Origin: an uncultured delta proteobacterium
Lineage (GTDB): Bacteria; Desulfobacterota; Binatia; Binatales; Binataceae
DNA: 64,000 nucleotides
Assembly (NCBI GenBank): GCA_963724765.1
Contig: CAVRVY010000004.1
Coordinates: 1,504,001-1,568,000 of the forward strand
Direction of reading: 5' to 3'
Position numbers and translations under genes: made by a program. Positions 32,167 to 41,808 of the stretch are shown here, one piece after another; the stretch's first letter is position 1, and each line of letters starts with the position of its first letter. The notes below the pieces were generated by a model. It searched no databases, was not told the DNA's origin, and saw only the letters and a program-made list of their open reading frames with translations.

Positions 32167-32214
32167 GACCCGCCTCCATTGGTTCACCGACTCACGCAGA
32201 TCGGTTGGATAGCC

Positions 32215-33213
32215 CTAAATAGTCTCCAGCCAGACATCTGGCATAGTGACCGCCCGGTGCCGGGCGAAAATCGCATCGATCTCTTTCATGTCGGCATCGG
32301 ATATCGACCATTGCAATGAGCCGACATTGTCGTCGACCTCCCTGGGATTCCGGCATCCGACCAGTGCAGTGCTGATTACAGGATTTGACAGGGTCCAGCG
32401 CAGGGCAAGTTGCGGCAGGCTCTTGCCGTAGCGTGTCGCTACCGCTTTCAGTTCTTCAACCGCCCGCAAATTCTTAAGGAAATGCTCCGAACCAAACAGA
32501 TGCTGAAACAGGTTCAGGTTCATCAATTGCCCGCGCTTTGCCCGCCAGTCACCCTTTTCGAAACCCTTCTCCTCGCTGAGCGTGCCGGTCAGCATTCCAT
32601 AGGCCAGCGATCCGTAGGCCATCACCCCGATCTTGTTCTCGCGGCAGTAAGGGAAAATCTCGGTCTGCATCCGCCGGTCGAACATATTCCAGCAGTACTG
32701 CACGACGTCGACGCGACGCGCGGCCATGCAACTTTTGATTTCGTCGAGCTTGAAGTTTGAGAGCCCGACCGCGCGGACTTTGCCCTGTTTCACGAGGTCG
32801 TCGAGCGCGCGCATCGTCTCTTCGAAGGGCACCGTCCGATCGGGCCAGTGGATCAGGTAAACATCGACATAATCGGTATTTAGTGCCTTGAGGCTCCTCT
32901 CTATCGACTCCATCACGCGCTGGCGCGAGCTGTCCCGATAGTTCCTCTTATCCGGATATCCGACTCCGAATTTTGTCGTGATCACAGCCTCTTTGCGCCG
33001 CGATCCGAGGGCTTTGGCCAGCGATTTTTCCGACGCACCCATACCATAGGCCTCGGCGGTATCGAAACTGTTGAATCCAACCTCGAGCGCCCGATTGATT
33101 GCTTTGACGAACTCGGTTTCTTCGATACTTCCGTAACCGCCGCCGATTTCCCAGCAGCCGAAACCTATCGCGGAGATTTTGATGCCGGTCTGACCGAATA
33201 GACGGTATTCCAC
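32215..33213 (-). CDS. Aldo/keto reductase
   Basis: GFGCW, FDTAEAYG, TTKFG, YLIHWPD and GKVRAVGLSN motifs. Confidence 0.95.
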   Translation of the reverse strand: MEYRLFGQTGIKISAIGFGCWEIGGGYGSIEETEFVKAINRALEVGFNSFDTAEAYGMGASEKSLAKALGSRRKEAVITTKFGVGYPDKRNYRDSSRQRVMESIERSLKALNTDYVDVYLIHWPDRTVPFEETMRALDDLVKQGKVRAVGLSNFKLDEIKSCMAARRVDVVQYCWNMFDRRMQTEIFPYCRENKIGVMAYGSLAYGMLTGTLSEEKGFEKGDWRAKRGQLMNLNLFQHLFGSEHFLKNLRAVEELKAVATRYGKSLPQLALRWTLSNPVISTALVGCRNPREVDDNVGSLQWSISDADMKEIDAIFARHRAVTMPDVWLETI

Positions 33214-33489
33214 TTGTTCTGTCTCCTTTGTCGGCGCGCCGCCGAGCGCTCCTCTTTAAAGCCTTCGGACCGAAACTTCCGTTATGATTCAGGACTCAGG
33301 CTCGCATCGATAACGGTCGGCTTGCAAACGCAAAACGATGGAGCGGTATCGTGATTCCGGCCCTTCGAACGTTCAGGTTATCCAGCGTACTCGGTGCGGC
33401 GTGGTGGCAGGGTGCGCGACGCCCGTTCCGGCGCTCAAAAACTCTTACAGCAGCCCGACGCAGGAGACTGAGCTTACACCTGGCTTCGC

Positions 33490-34512
33490 CTACGACTTCG
33501 TCTTGAAATTGGGCAGAAGCTCTCGCGCGAAGGTCTCCATTGAGCGCCTGGCGAGCTTCGGGTCGATGCCAGGGAAATGCATGCCCAGTACGAGATGCGT
33601 CGTGCGTACCCTGCGCGTGAACTGCTCCAGTCCTTCCGCGACATCTTCGGAGTTTCCCACGATCGGGGTGAACAGCAACGGGTCGGTTGTGCGCCGTAGC
33701 TCCGACGCCGGCGGCGGATTGAACAGCGTGGGAGGGCCCTGGAGCTCACCGGCGTCGCTCAGCCACTTACCATAGACCGTGAGCATCCAGTGCACGTGCT
33801 CCTGGACCTCGTCCCAGGCTTGCTCTTTCGAGGGGGCAAGATGCACCCAGACGAGTTGCGCGACGCTGAAGTCGGACGGATTACGGCCGTGCCGTCGCAG
33901 AGCCTCATCGTAAGCGGACGTATCGCCGACGCCGAGGTAGTGGCAGCCGAGTCGTGCCGCGCGATCCACAGCCTTCGGATTGAGAGCGCCCACCCAGAGC
34001 GGCGGGTGCGGCTGCTGCACGGGCTTCGGCGTAAGTCGGATGTCCTGCAAATTGTAGTGCTTTCCCTGGAAGGAGAACGGATCCTGGGTCCAGATGCCGC
34101 GCATCACGTCGATGCCCTCTTCGAAGCGCGACGCACGCTCCTTGCTGGGAATCCCATAGCCGAGAAATTCATGCCTCGCGTATCCCTTGCCGATACCGAG
34201 ATCGAAGCGTCCCCGCGAAATGACGTCGACCGTGGCAGCGTCCTCTGCAACGCGAACGGCATTGTGCAGCGGCAGTAGGAGCAAAAATGTACCAATGCGG
34301 ACCCGGCTAGTCTTGGCGGCGACTGCGCCGGCGAGCGTCATCAGCGATGGCGAGTAGCCATCCTCGGCGAAGTGGTGCTCGGTCAGCCAAACCGTGTCGT
34401 AGCCGAGATCTTCGGCGAGCTTCGTTTGTTCAAGCTGTGATTCGTAGACGTCCGCCCAAGGCTTCTTCCATTTGGGCGGGTTGCGAAACGAGAACATGAG
34501 TCCGACGTTCAT
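33490..34512 (-). CDS. LLM class flavin-dependent oxidoreductase
   Basis: GYDTVWLTEHHF, RVAEDAATVD, SRGRFDLGIG and PKPVQQPHPPLWVG motifs. Confidence 0.92.
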   Translation of the reverse strand: MNVGLMFSFRNPPKWKKPWADVYESQLEQTKLAEDLGYDTVWLTEHHFAEDGYSPSLMTLAGAVAAKTSRVRIGTFLLLLPLHNAVRVAEDAATVDVISRGRFDLGIGKGYARHEFLGYGIPSKERASRFEEGIDVMRGIWTQDPFSFQGKHYNLQDIRLTPKPVQQPHPPLWVGALNPKAVDRAARLGCHYLGVGDTSAYDEALRRHGRNPSDFSVAQLVWVHLAPSKEQAWDEVQEHVHWMLTVYGKWLSDAGELQGPPTLFNPPPASELRRTTDPLLFTPIVGNSEDVAEGLEQFTRRVRTTHLVLGMHFPGIDPKLARRSMETFARELLPNFKTKS

Positions 34513-34775
34513 ACGGCCCTCTCCTTGATTCGACTATGCTGTCATTTCCGATTGCGGCAACGGTTCCAGAGGCGCGAAGGGCAACGCTCTCACAAACTTC
34601 ACCTCGCCAGCAGCAAGATGCTAGGCGATCAACCCGCTCGCGCCCGATGAGCCTCCGAATGACTGGCGACCGCGTTAGAATGAGATCTATAACGCAAAAA
34701 AGTCTGAACTTCCCAGCAAAAGGTGCAGTGGCCGGCTATGATCGAAGAAAATTCCATGACTAGTGCCGTCTCTTG

Positions 34776-35555
34776 TCACGCGTTCCGGATCGTCAATCCT
34801 CCATCCACAGGTATCACCGCACCAGTCAGATATGAGGCCGCGGGCAGGCACAAACTGAAAGTGATATGTGCAACTTCCTCCGGATAGCCGTAGCGTTTCA
34901 CCGCCGTGCGTCGCTTGGCAAAAATCGTCTTATGTTCCTCCGGTATGGCGTCTGTCAGATTCGTCCGTATTGGGCCTGGGCAAACGCAGTTGACGGTGAT
35001 GCCCTCCGGACCGAGATCAACAGCGAGCGCATGCGTCAGACCGATCACCCCGGTCTTCGCAACCACATACGGACTATCACCCGGCGTCGCGCCGAGTCCT
35101 TCGGTGGAGGCGATGTTAACGATTCGTGCCGCATCCGATTTGCGCAGGTGCGGTAGCGCTGCACGAACGAGCCGCTGCTGCGCGGTGAGCATCCCGTTGA
35201 TCGCACGATCCCAGACCTCGTCGTAACCGGTCGCATCAATCGGATGAAAGGCGCCGAATCCCGCGTTGTTGATGAGGATATCAAGGCGGCCGAAATGCCG
35301 CGCCGCTTCGTTCACCACTCGCTTTATATCGTCATGGTCGAGAACATCCAGACGCCAGGCATGCGCGTTCCCGCCCTCGGACTTGATTTCATCGAGCACG
35401 CGCGCGACTCCGCCTTCATTTATATCGGTAATCGCAACGAGCGCGCCTTCCGCGGCGAACACATGCGCGGTTGCGCGGCCCATCCCGCTTGCTGCTCCGG
35501 TGATTAGTACCGCCCTTCCCTTCACTGAACGATCGAGTCTCTTAATTGGATCCAT
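34776..35555 (-). CDS. SDR family oxidoreductase
   Basis: TGAASGMG, INNAG, YVVAK and PVDGG motifs. Confidence 0.93.
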   Translation of the reverse strand: MDPIKRLDRSVKGRAVLITGAASGMGRATAHVFAAEGALVAITDINEGGVARVLDEIKSEGGNAHAWRLDVLDHDDIKRVVNEAARHFGRLDILINNAGFGAFHPIDATGYDEVWDRAINGMLTAQQRLVRAALPHLRKSDAARIVNIASTEGLGATPGDSPYVVAKTGVIGLTHALAVDLGPEGITVNCVCPGPIRTNLTDAIPEEHKTIFAKRRTAVKRYGYPEEVAHITFSLCLPAASYLTGAVIPVDGGLTIRNA

Positions 35556-35963
35556 TTGCTTCTCCTTGTTGGTTGCCCTAAACCGAAGTTCGGAGGTCCG
35601 CCAACAGCTTTACTCCTTGAGCGCATGCAACTGAGAATAGTCGACGCGGTTAAGCGATCGACTGTCCATGGGCCATTCTACTTAATACCCCGGCAATTCG
35701 TGGTGGCGCGGAGCGGTCTTTTGGAGCTGACGGTAAGACCGTTAACCGGCTAGGAACATCGTTTAGGCCTAAGCGCGCAGGCGGCGACATGGCCAGGAAT
35801 TCGCCGAGCGAGATCAGGTGCGCGCACGGATCGTCGGAGGTGAAGCCGGACCGCTTTAAGAATCGACAACCGAAACGACCAAAGCCTTCTCGACCCCGAC
35901 GCGTCGACCATCCCGCGCCCTAATTGAGCTATTCGATGAAGCCCGGTCTGCCCACATTCCTAT

Positions 35964-36428
35964 CTAGAAAATAAATTTCTTTTCCGCCCAGCCCTTGTCA
36001 AAGGGAGTGATAAAATAGGGGGTGAAGCGCAGCAGCTTGTACTTCCACTCGCCGCCTACTTTGACGTATTCCTCGAAGTAACGGCCTGAGCACCAGGTCG
36101 CCAGGTTGTTTTCAAGCATGGTTAGTGGACACAGCAGATACCAATGACCAATCGCCGTGTCGCCACTGACCTCGATCAGCGGATTCATAAACAGATGCAT
36201 CGCAAAACCGATCTTGTTGCGGCCGAGGTCGTGGAAGAAGGTATGGATCGCTTGGCGTCCTTCATGCCGCCCGAATTGCCCGCCGTCCCATACGCCATCT
36301 TCGATGAATAGCGAAGAGATTCCGTCGGGATTATAGCTATCGTCGCAATAGTACCCATAGCGGGCCTTCAACATCTTGATTGCTTCGATGTCCTCGAGCT
36401 GCAATTTGGCGCTGCGCTTGGTGCTCAT
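35964..36428 (-). CDS. SnoaL_4/NTF2-like protein (LinA/BaiE-like fold)
   Basis: LEDIEAIK.LKARY...D, LF.EDGVWD, MH...NP.IEV.GD.A.G.WY and GRY.EEY....GEWK motifs. Confidence 0.85.
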   Translation of the reverse strand: MSTKRSAKLQLEDIEAIKMLKARYGYYCDDSYNPDGISSLFIEDGVWDGGQFGRHEGRQAIHTFFHDLGRNKIGFAMHLFMNPLIEVSGDTAIGHWYLLCPLTMLENNLATWCSGRYFEEYVKVGGEWKYKLLRFTPYFITPFDKGWAEKKFIF

Positions 36429-36489
36429 TGACCCCTCTCCCCTCCGACTGAGAATCTTTCCCGGCTTGAACCGTTGCCGGAAACCGAAA

Positions 36490-37347
36490 CTAGGATTTGG
36501 CCTGAATGTCCGCGAGGACCGGCATCAGATATTTCTTGAATTGAACCGGATCCTCAGCCATCGGAAAGTGTCCCATCCCTTCCATCAACGTATAGGTCGC
36601 TCCGGGCACCGCATCCGCCAGGGCCTTCGCCGCCGCCGGGTATGCCGACCAATCGTACTCCCCGCTGAGCACGTAGAGCGCGCATTTGCGCGTGTCGATG
36701 TTCTTCGCGGTCTGCCGCAAATCATGCTCGAAGGCGTAGTAGTATAGGTCGCCTTTGAAAACCGGCGGCGCGCCTTGGCTGTATTCCCAGACCGTCTCGC
36801 GGATGTATTCTTCCGGCGCGTTCGGCGAGCACAGGCTCAGCATGAGAGCCGGCTTCGATTCGTTCGATAAGCGGGGATGGTGGAACCACTGGTTCACCAA
36901 TCGATCGGTATTGCCGCTCCACATCGATGCCTCCAACCCGATACAGGCGCGGAATTCGTTCGGATAGTTGAGCGCCAGGTCGGGCGCGAGATGACCGCCC
37001 ATCGAGCAGCCCATGTATACGGGCCGATTGAGTTCAAGCTCATGACAAAGCTTCACCCAGTAACGCATGAACCAATCCTTGGTGAGCTTGTATTCCTGTT
37101 CCCAGTACCTGACGGAAATCGGTGGAAGCGACTTGCCGTGATAGGGCAGGTCGGCGGCAACTACATGAAAGCGCGACGTGATGTCGCGATCTTCAAGGAT
37201 ATGCCGATATTGGCGTCCATCCGATCCCGCCGTGTGCTGGCATACCAGCGGAATTCCCTTGCCCGCCTCTTCGATATAGACGCGGTACTCGACGCCGTCC
37301 ACTTCAAGGTAAACATAACGGCCAATAATGTCTGAAAACTTTGCCAT
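36490..37347 (-). CDS. Alpha/beta fold hydrolase
   Basis: HTAGSD, DLPYHGKS, GCSMGG nucleophile elbow, GEYD and GHFP motifs. Confidence 0.92.
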   Translation of the reverse strand: MAKFSDIIGRYVYLEVDGVEYRVYIEEAGKGIPLVCQHTAGSDGRQYRHILEDRDITSRFHVVAADLPYHGKSLPPISVRYWEQEYKLTKDWFMRYWVKLCHELELNRPVYMGCSMGGHLAPDLALNYPNEFRACIGLEASMWSGNTDRLVNQWFHHPRLSNESKPALMLSLCSPNAPEEYIRETVWEYSQGAPPVFKGDLYYYAFEHDLRQTAKNIDTRKCALYVLSGEYDWSAYPAAAKALADAVPGATYTLMEGMGHFPMAEDPVQFKKYLMPVLADIQAKS

Positions 37348-37361
37348 TGTCCTGGTGCCCC

Positions 37362-37772
37362 CTATGCGGCACGCGATTCGATCACCGCCTGGCGCATGAT
37401 CGCGTTGATCCGGCGGATTGCGTAGTAGTGTGCGTATGCCGATTCGAGATCGCCGCCGAACGTGAATCCATGATGGAACGAAGCCGCGAACCAGTCGTGA
37501 TAGAAGGGTTTCGGCCGCCGCTCCATCATCTTCTTCCAGACTTCCTCGGGACCACCGATGTTGATGGTGTATGGGTCGAAGCCCTGGGTGCCATACTGAA
37601 AACGATCGACCTTGCCGTTCTCGATCCGCATGAAATACGGGTCCTCGCCGATGAAAAAACGGATGTCGCAGTACCAGAAGCGCGCCGTCAATAGAAATTC
37701 CGGGTCCCGATTCAGACGATCCCGAATGGTGTCGACCGGCAGGACAAGACCCACCCTGGTTTCAGTATTCAC
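37362..37772 (-). CDS. Hypothetical protein (SCP2-like), co-oriented with the hydrolase
   Basis: GTG start after GGAGG; LNRDPEF...RIENGKV...GPEEVWKKM pattern. Confidence 0.6.
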   Translation of the reverse strand: MNTETRVGLVLPVDTIRDRLNRDPEFLLTARFWYCDIRFFIGEDPYFMRIENGKVDRFQYGTQGFDPYTINIGGPEEVWKKMMERRPKPFYHDWFAASFHHGFTFGGDLESAYAHYYAIRRINAIMRQAVIESRAA

Positions 37773-38301
37773 GGTCTTCCCTCCGTTGTAATTTGCCGAA
37801 TCGCGATGCGGGCATCGCAAAGTCCGCTGTCGCGCCTGAGCATGGTTGCGCTTTTGCAAGTTTTTGTCCACGCGATTGATGGGCCGGCTGGCCAGTTCCG
37901 CTTGCTAGCCTGGCTCTCTCGACTGCTGCCCGGCTCAGGTGCCGGTGCCACTCAGACTCACGACCTGTTGTCCATTGGACGCGTTGCCAGTGATGGTCAG
38001 AGAGCCGCTAACGGAGCTGCGGCTCTTTCACCTGTCCTAATTCTCGTTCAGATGAGATATTTGGTAGGGACAGCTATTACGGCGGCGAGTAGTGCAAACT
38101 TTGCAATCCGGTTGATTCGATACAGCTCCCTTTTCCCGGCGACCAAATCCAGAAAGCTGCGCCCCGCAGCCCGCTCGAATCCTCGCTTATTCATGGCGAG
38201 GCAAGCCTTTGCAATGTCTTCTCAAAATTCTTCTTGACATCGCGCGCAAAAAGCGAGTTGACTGGAAAGACAACCGATACTTCCCTGATGAGATCCTGGC
38301 G

Positions 38302-38640
38302 GTGCACGAACTCGCAATCACTGAGAGTGTCATTGAGGCGATAACTGACCGTGTCCGTGATACCAAGGTGACTCGGGTACTGCTCGAAATCGGCAAACTT
38401 TCTGGCGTGGTTCCCGATGCAGTCCGCTTCTGCTTCGATATCGCGGCCCACGGAACGCCACTTGTCGGCGCCGTGCTCGACATCATTGAGACGCCGGGAC
38501 GGGCTCGATGCCGCGAATGCGGCGCGCGAATCGAAGTCGACGGTCCCATCGCGTTGTGCCACTGCGGCAGTGCCAACCTCGAATTTAGTGGCGGCACCGA
38601 GCTGCGAATCAAAGAAGTTGAGGTAGCCTCCCATGTGTGA
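38302..38640 (+). CDS. hypA: Hydrogenase nickel chaperone HypA
   Basis: GTG start giving MHELAI; LSGV.PDA..FCF, CRECG...CHCGS zinc site and GTELRI motif. Confidence 0.95.
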   Translation: MHELAITESVIEAITDRVRDTKVTRVLLEIGKLSGVVPDAVRFCFDIAAHGTPLVGAVLDIIETPGRARCRECGARIEVDGPIALCHCGSANLEFSGGTELRIKEVEVASHV

Positions 38641-39586
38641 CACCTGCGGCTGCTCCGATGCTTCGTCTGTGCAAATCACCGATCCTGCCGAGAGACCGTC
38701 CGCGCACGGCCATCCCCATGAACACTCTCCTGGGCCCGACCACCCGCATGCCCATACCGACGTCTCTCACGACCACCGCCAGGAGCATGCACACGAACAT
38801 GATCATGGGCATGCACATGATCTCTATCCTCGAGAGCACGCCGGTGACGCACGCGCTGGCGGCGCGATGAACGATCACAAAGCGAGCCGCATTATTCGTT
38901 TCGAACAGAATGTCTTAGCGAAGAATGATCTCATGGCGGAGCGAAATCGCGGATGGTTCGAAGGCCGCGGAATCCTCGCGCTCAACCTGATGAGCTCGCC
39001 AGGAGCGGGCAAGACCACGCTGCTGGAGCGCACGCTCGCCGATCTCGCGAAAGAAGTGCGGCTTTCAGTGATCGAGGGCGACCAGGAAACCGTGCGCGAT
39101 GCCGAGCGGATTCGCAAGGCGGGCGCCCGGGCGATCCAGATCAACACCGGCAGCGGGTGCCATCTCGACGCCCAAATGGTCTCCGCGGCGCTTCGTAAGC
39201 TGGCTCCGCCCGCGCACTCGCTGGTGATCATCGAGAACGTTGGCAATCTCGTTTGTCCCGCGTTGTTCGACCTGGGGGAAGCGGAAAAGGTCGTAATAAT
39301 GTCGGTGACCGAGGGCGAGGACAAGCCGCTCAAGTACCCGCATATGTTCCGCGCCGCAGGCGTGATGCTGATCAACAAGATCGATCTGATTCCGCATCTG
39401 GAATTCGACATCGAGCGATGCTCTCAATTTGCGCGCGAGGTTAATCCCAAGCTCGAGATAATGCGCGTCTCTGCTCGCACAGGGGACGGGCTTGATCCAT
39501 GGTACCAGTGGTTACGCGCCCGAAGCGTTAGGGGTGGAATCGGCCCCCGATTAAATCGCAGCCTCATCCTCCGGAGTCTCACATGA
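38633..39586 (+). CDS. hypB: Hydrogenase nickel-incorporation GTPase HypB
   Basis: MCDTCGC N-terminus, His-rich linker, SSPGAGKT, GCHLDA, ENVGNLVCP and NKID motifs. Confidence 0.97.
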   Translation: MCDTCGCSDASSVQITDPAERPSAHGHPHEHSPGPDHPHAHTDVSHDHRQEHAHEHDHGHAHDLYPREHAGDARAGGAMNDHKASRIIRFEQNVLAKNDLMAERNRGWFEGRGILALNLMSSPGAGKTTLLERTLADLAKEVRLSVIEGDQETVRDAERIRKAGARAIQINTGSGCHLDAQMVSAALRKLAPPAHSLVIIENVGNLVCPALFDLGEAEKVVIMSVTEGEDKPLKYPHMFRAAGVMLINKIDLIPHLEFDIERCSQFAREVNPKLEIMRVSARTGDGLDPWYQWLRARSVRGGIGPRLNRSLILRSLT

Positions 39587-40557
39587 ATACCGAGGCTTGG
39601 ACCGCACGTTACACTTTCAACAACATCCTGGGTGTCAGCAGGCAACTGCGCCAAACCATCGAGCTTGCGCACCACGCCGCGCGGGCCGACTACCCGGTGG
39701 TGCTGGTAGGCGAGTCAGGGACCGGTAAGGAATTGATCGCCCACGCGATCCACAACGCGAGCGCGCGCCGCCGCGGTCCATTCGTCGCCGTGAATTGCGG
39801 AATGCTATGCGGAGAAATAGCGATTCCGGAGCTGTGCGGATATGAACCGGGATCGTTCACCGGCGCCGACCGACACGCCCATCAAGGGTTTTTCGACGCT
39901 GCGCGGGAAGGCACGCTGTTCCTCGACGAATTTCAAGATCTGCCACCTACCCCTCAAAGCGTGTTGCTGCGGTTTTTGGAAACCGGCCGTTTTGTTCGCG
40001 TTGGAGGCACCCAACAAGTCCATTGCGGGGTACGGGTGGTGGTCGCGACCAACATTCCAATCGAGGAATTGAGCGACGGCCGGATCCGCTCCGATTTGAT
40101 CTACCGCCTCAATTGCCTCTCGATCGAAATTGCGGCGCTGCGCGACCGTCGCCAGGACATCCGGCCAATAGCGGAAAAATGCCTGCGCGAGGAATTGCAT
40201 TACCTGGGCGAAGTGGACGACGGGGTGTGGCAGGCGCTCGAGTCCTGTCCCTATCCTTGGCCGGGTAATGCGCGCGAGCTGCGCAACGTCCTGCTCAGGA
40301 CTATTCTGGTTTCATCGCGCGATCGACTGATGCCTGCCGATCTTCCGTCCGAGTTGTGGCATCGCACTCAGCTCGCGAGGGGAATCAAGCGCAGCGAAAA
40401 TGATTCAGGCAGCAATCCCAGCGATGGGGCGATCGTCGCGCTGAAGGCGGTTTTCGACGCCAGCCAGCACAACGTATCCGAAACGGCGCGCCGCCTTGGA
40501 ATCCACCGCTCCACGGTCTATCGCCGGCTGCGCAGTGAGATAAGGTCCAAGCAATAG
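39583..40557 (+). CDS. Sigma54-dependent activator (AAA+ and Fis-type HTH) with no N-terminal sensory domain
   Basis: GESGTGKE, GSFTGA loop, TLFLDE, DLIYRL, WPGNARELRN and HTH NVSETARRLGIHRSTVYRRL; ATGA overlap with hypB. Confidence 0.92.
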   Translation: MNTEAWTARYTFNNILGVSRQLRQTIELAHHAARADYPVVLVGESGTGKELIAHAIHNASARRRGPFVAVNCGMLCGEIAIPELCGYEPGSFTGADRHAHQGFFDAAREGTLFLDEFQDLPPTPQSVLLRFLETGRFVRVGGTQQVHCGVRVVVATNIPIEELSDGRIRSDLIYRLNCLSIEIAALRDRRQDIRPIAEKCLREELHYLGEVDDGVWQALESCPYPWPGNARELRNVLLRTILVSSRDRLMPADLPSELWHRTQLARGIKRSENDSGSNPSDGAIVALKAVFDASQHNVSETARRLGIHRSTVYRRLRSEIRSKQ

Positions 40558-40568
40558 AAATTTCCATT

Positions 40569-41303
40569 TCATTTGCAGTTGCGTGAGGGCTCGGCCACCG
40601 CGCCGATCGCAATCACCGAGCCGATCACCTTCCCCTCCTCATTGCGAATCGTGGTGCTGCTTTCCTCGATTGGGACCTCTTTTCCAGCGCGATGGTGCAA
40701 CACACCCTGCGCTCGGCCGCCGCGGATCAATTCCGGAGCTGAGATCGACACCGACACGACTTCCGAAAGGGCACGGCCAATTGCCTCGTCCGCAATCCAT
40801 CCGGTGAGCTCTTCGGCGGCAGGATTGATAAACCGCACTCGCCACGCGGCGTCAGTCGCGACCACACCGTGTCCAATACTGCGCAGAATCGCCCTTAGCC
40901 ATTGCTCACTCTCGCGAAGATTTCGTTCGGTTCGATGGCGGTCAAGCGCGGTCTCGAGGACCAAGTCCAGCTCCAAGTCGTCGAACGGCTCCAGTAGATA
41001 TCCATAGAAATTCGAGCCCTTAACGGGCCGTACAAGCGCTAGATCAGCGGGTGTCCCTAGGAAAACTGCCGGCACATCCAACCGTCCGCCGATCTCCTCG
41101 ATATTCCCGGTCGCATCGTGAGGCTTCAGCGGGTCTACCCTGACGATTGCGAGGTTCGGACGCAGACTATCAAGCGTCTCAGGTGCCTCGTCACAACCGC
41201 TACACGCAACCAGATATCCTCGCTTGATCAATCTGGTCTTCATGGCCTCGGCGGACGGGCCGGGCGCCTCTGATAAGAGAATTCGGGCAGGACGCGACCG
41301 CAT
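40569..41303 (-). CDS. Degenerate receiver domain + PAS domain protein
   Basis: REC-like RILLSE...RPNLAIVRV...VFLG...YGYLLEPF (Asp and Lys positions substituted), then LRESEQWL..IL.SIG.GVVATD...INPAAEELTGW PAS; no output domain. Confidence 0.8.
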   Translation of the reverse strand: MRSRPARILLSEAPGPSAEAMKTRLIKRGYLVACSGCDEAPETLDSLRPNLAIVRVDPLKPHDATGNIEEIGGRLDVPAVFLGTPADLALVRPVKGSNFYGYLLEPFDDLELDLVLETALDRHRTERNLRESEQWLRAILRSIGHGVVATDAAWRVRFINPAAEELTGWIADEAIGRALSEVVSVSISAPELIRGGRAQGVLHHRAGKEVPIEESSTTIRNEEGKVIGSVIAIGAVAEPSRNCK

Positions 41304-41472
41304 ACATGCTCTTTAGCGCTGCGCCAGGTGGCGCTCTGTTGGGGAAGCGGGAACTGTCCGCGGATTTGGAGCATTAAGTGTTCCAGCCACAAATCTCACT
41401 TCGAATTCGAGTTTTTCGAAAACTCCGCCGTGTCCTGAAATATTGTTCAACATTACGGCTGAGATCGAAGTG

Positions 41473-41613
41473 CTGTTGCTGCGACACCCTGCGACACTCC
41501 GCACGAACATGATCATAGTCATCGAGTGTTCCTACCTGGTGTTTAGGCCATCAAATATAGCCCCATCTGTCCAAATTTATACGCGCTCGCTGTCGCATAG
41601 TGTCGCATCACAG
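41473..41613. promoter_or_regulatory. Putative upstream activator sequences: inverted pair of tandem TGTCGCA heptamers
   Basis: CTGTTGCTGCGACACCCTGCGACA (41473-41496) is a near reverse complement of TGTCGCATAGTGTCGCATCACAG (41591-41613); heptamers repeat with a 10-bp period in each block. Confidence 0.7.
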
Positions 41614-41735
41614 CGCGCGCATCGCGGGACGCTACTACTTGCAAAAGTTCGAATTCAGCGCAGACATTGGCTTCGCGACTCCTCGTTTGCGCAACGGATC
41701 ATGCCTCGTACGCTCGGCTGAACATGGCTCGGCAA

Positions 41736-41751
41736 TGGCATCGCTATTGCT
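41736..41751 (+). promoter_or_regulatory. Sigma54 (-24/-12) promoter of the hydrogenase structural operon
   Basis: TGGCATCGCTATTGCT (GG-N10-GC, near consensus), ending 57 bp before the hhyS ATG. Confidence 0.8.
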
Positions 41752-41808
41752 GCCCGTTAGAAGCTGACCTTCGACCGCAAACTTTCTCCACTTCGCATGT
41801 GAGATGTC

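Noticed and set aside
38199-38214. Sigma54 promoter upstream of hypA (AGGCAAGCCTTTGCAA)
   Set aside because: GG-to-GC spacing is 9 rather than the required 10.
38700-38840. Low-complexity CAT/CAC-rich stretch
   Set aside because: It is the normal His-rich nickel-binding linker of HypB.
41725-41740. Second overlapping GG-N10-GC (TGGCTCGGCAATGGCA)
   Set aside because: Weaker -12 element than the adjacent near-consensus site; not called separately.
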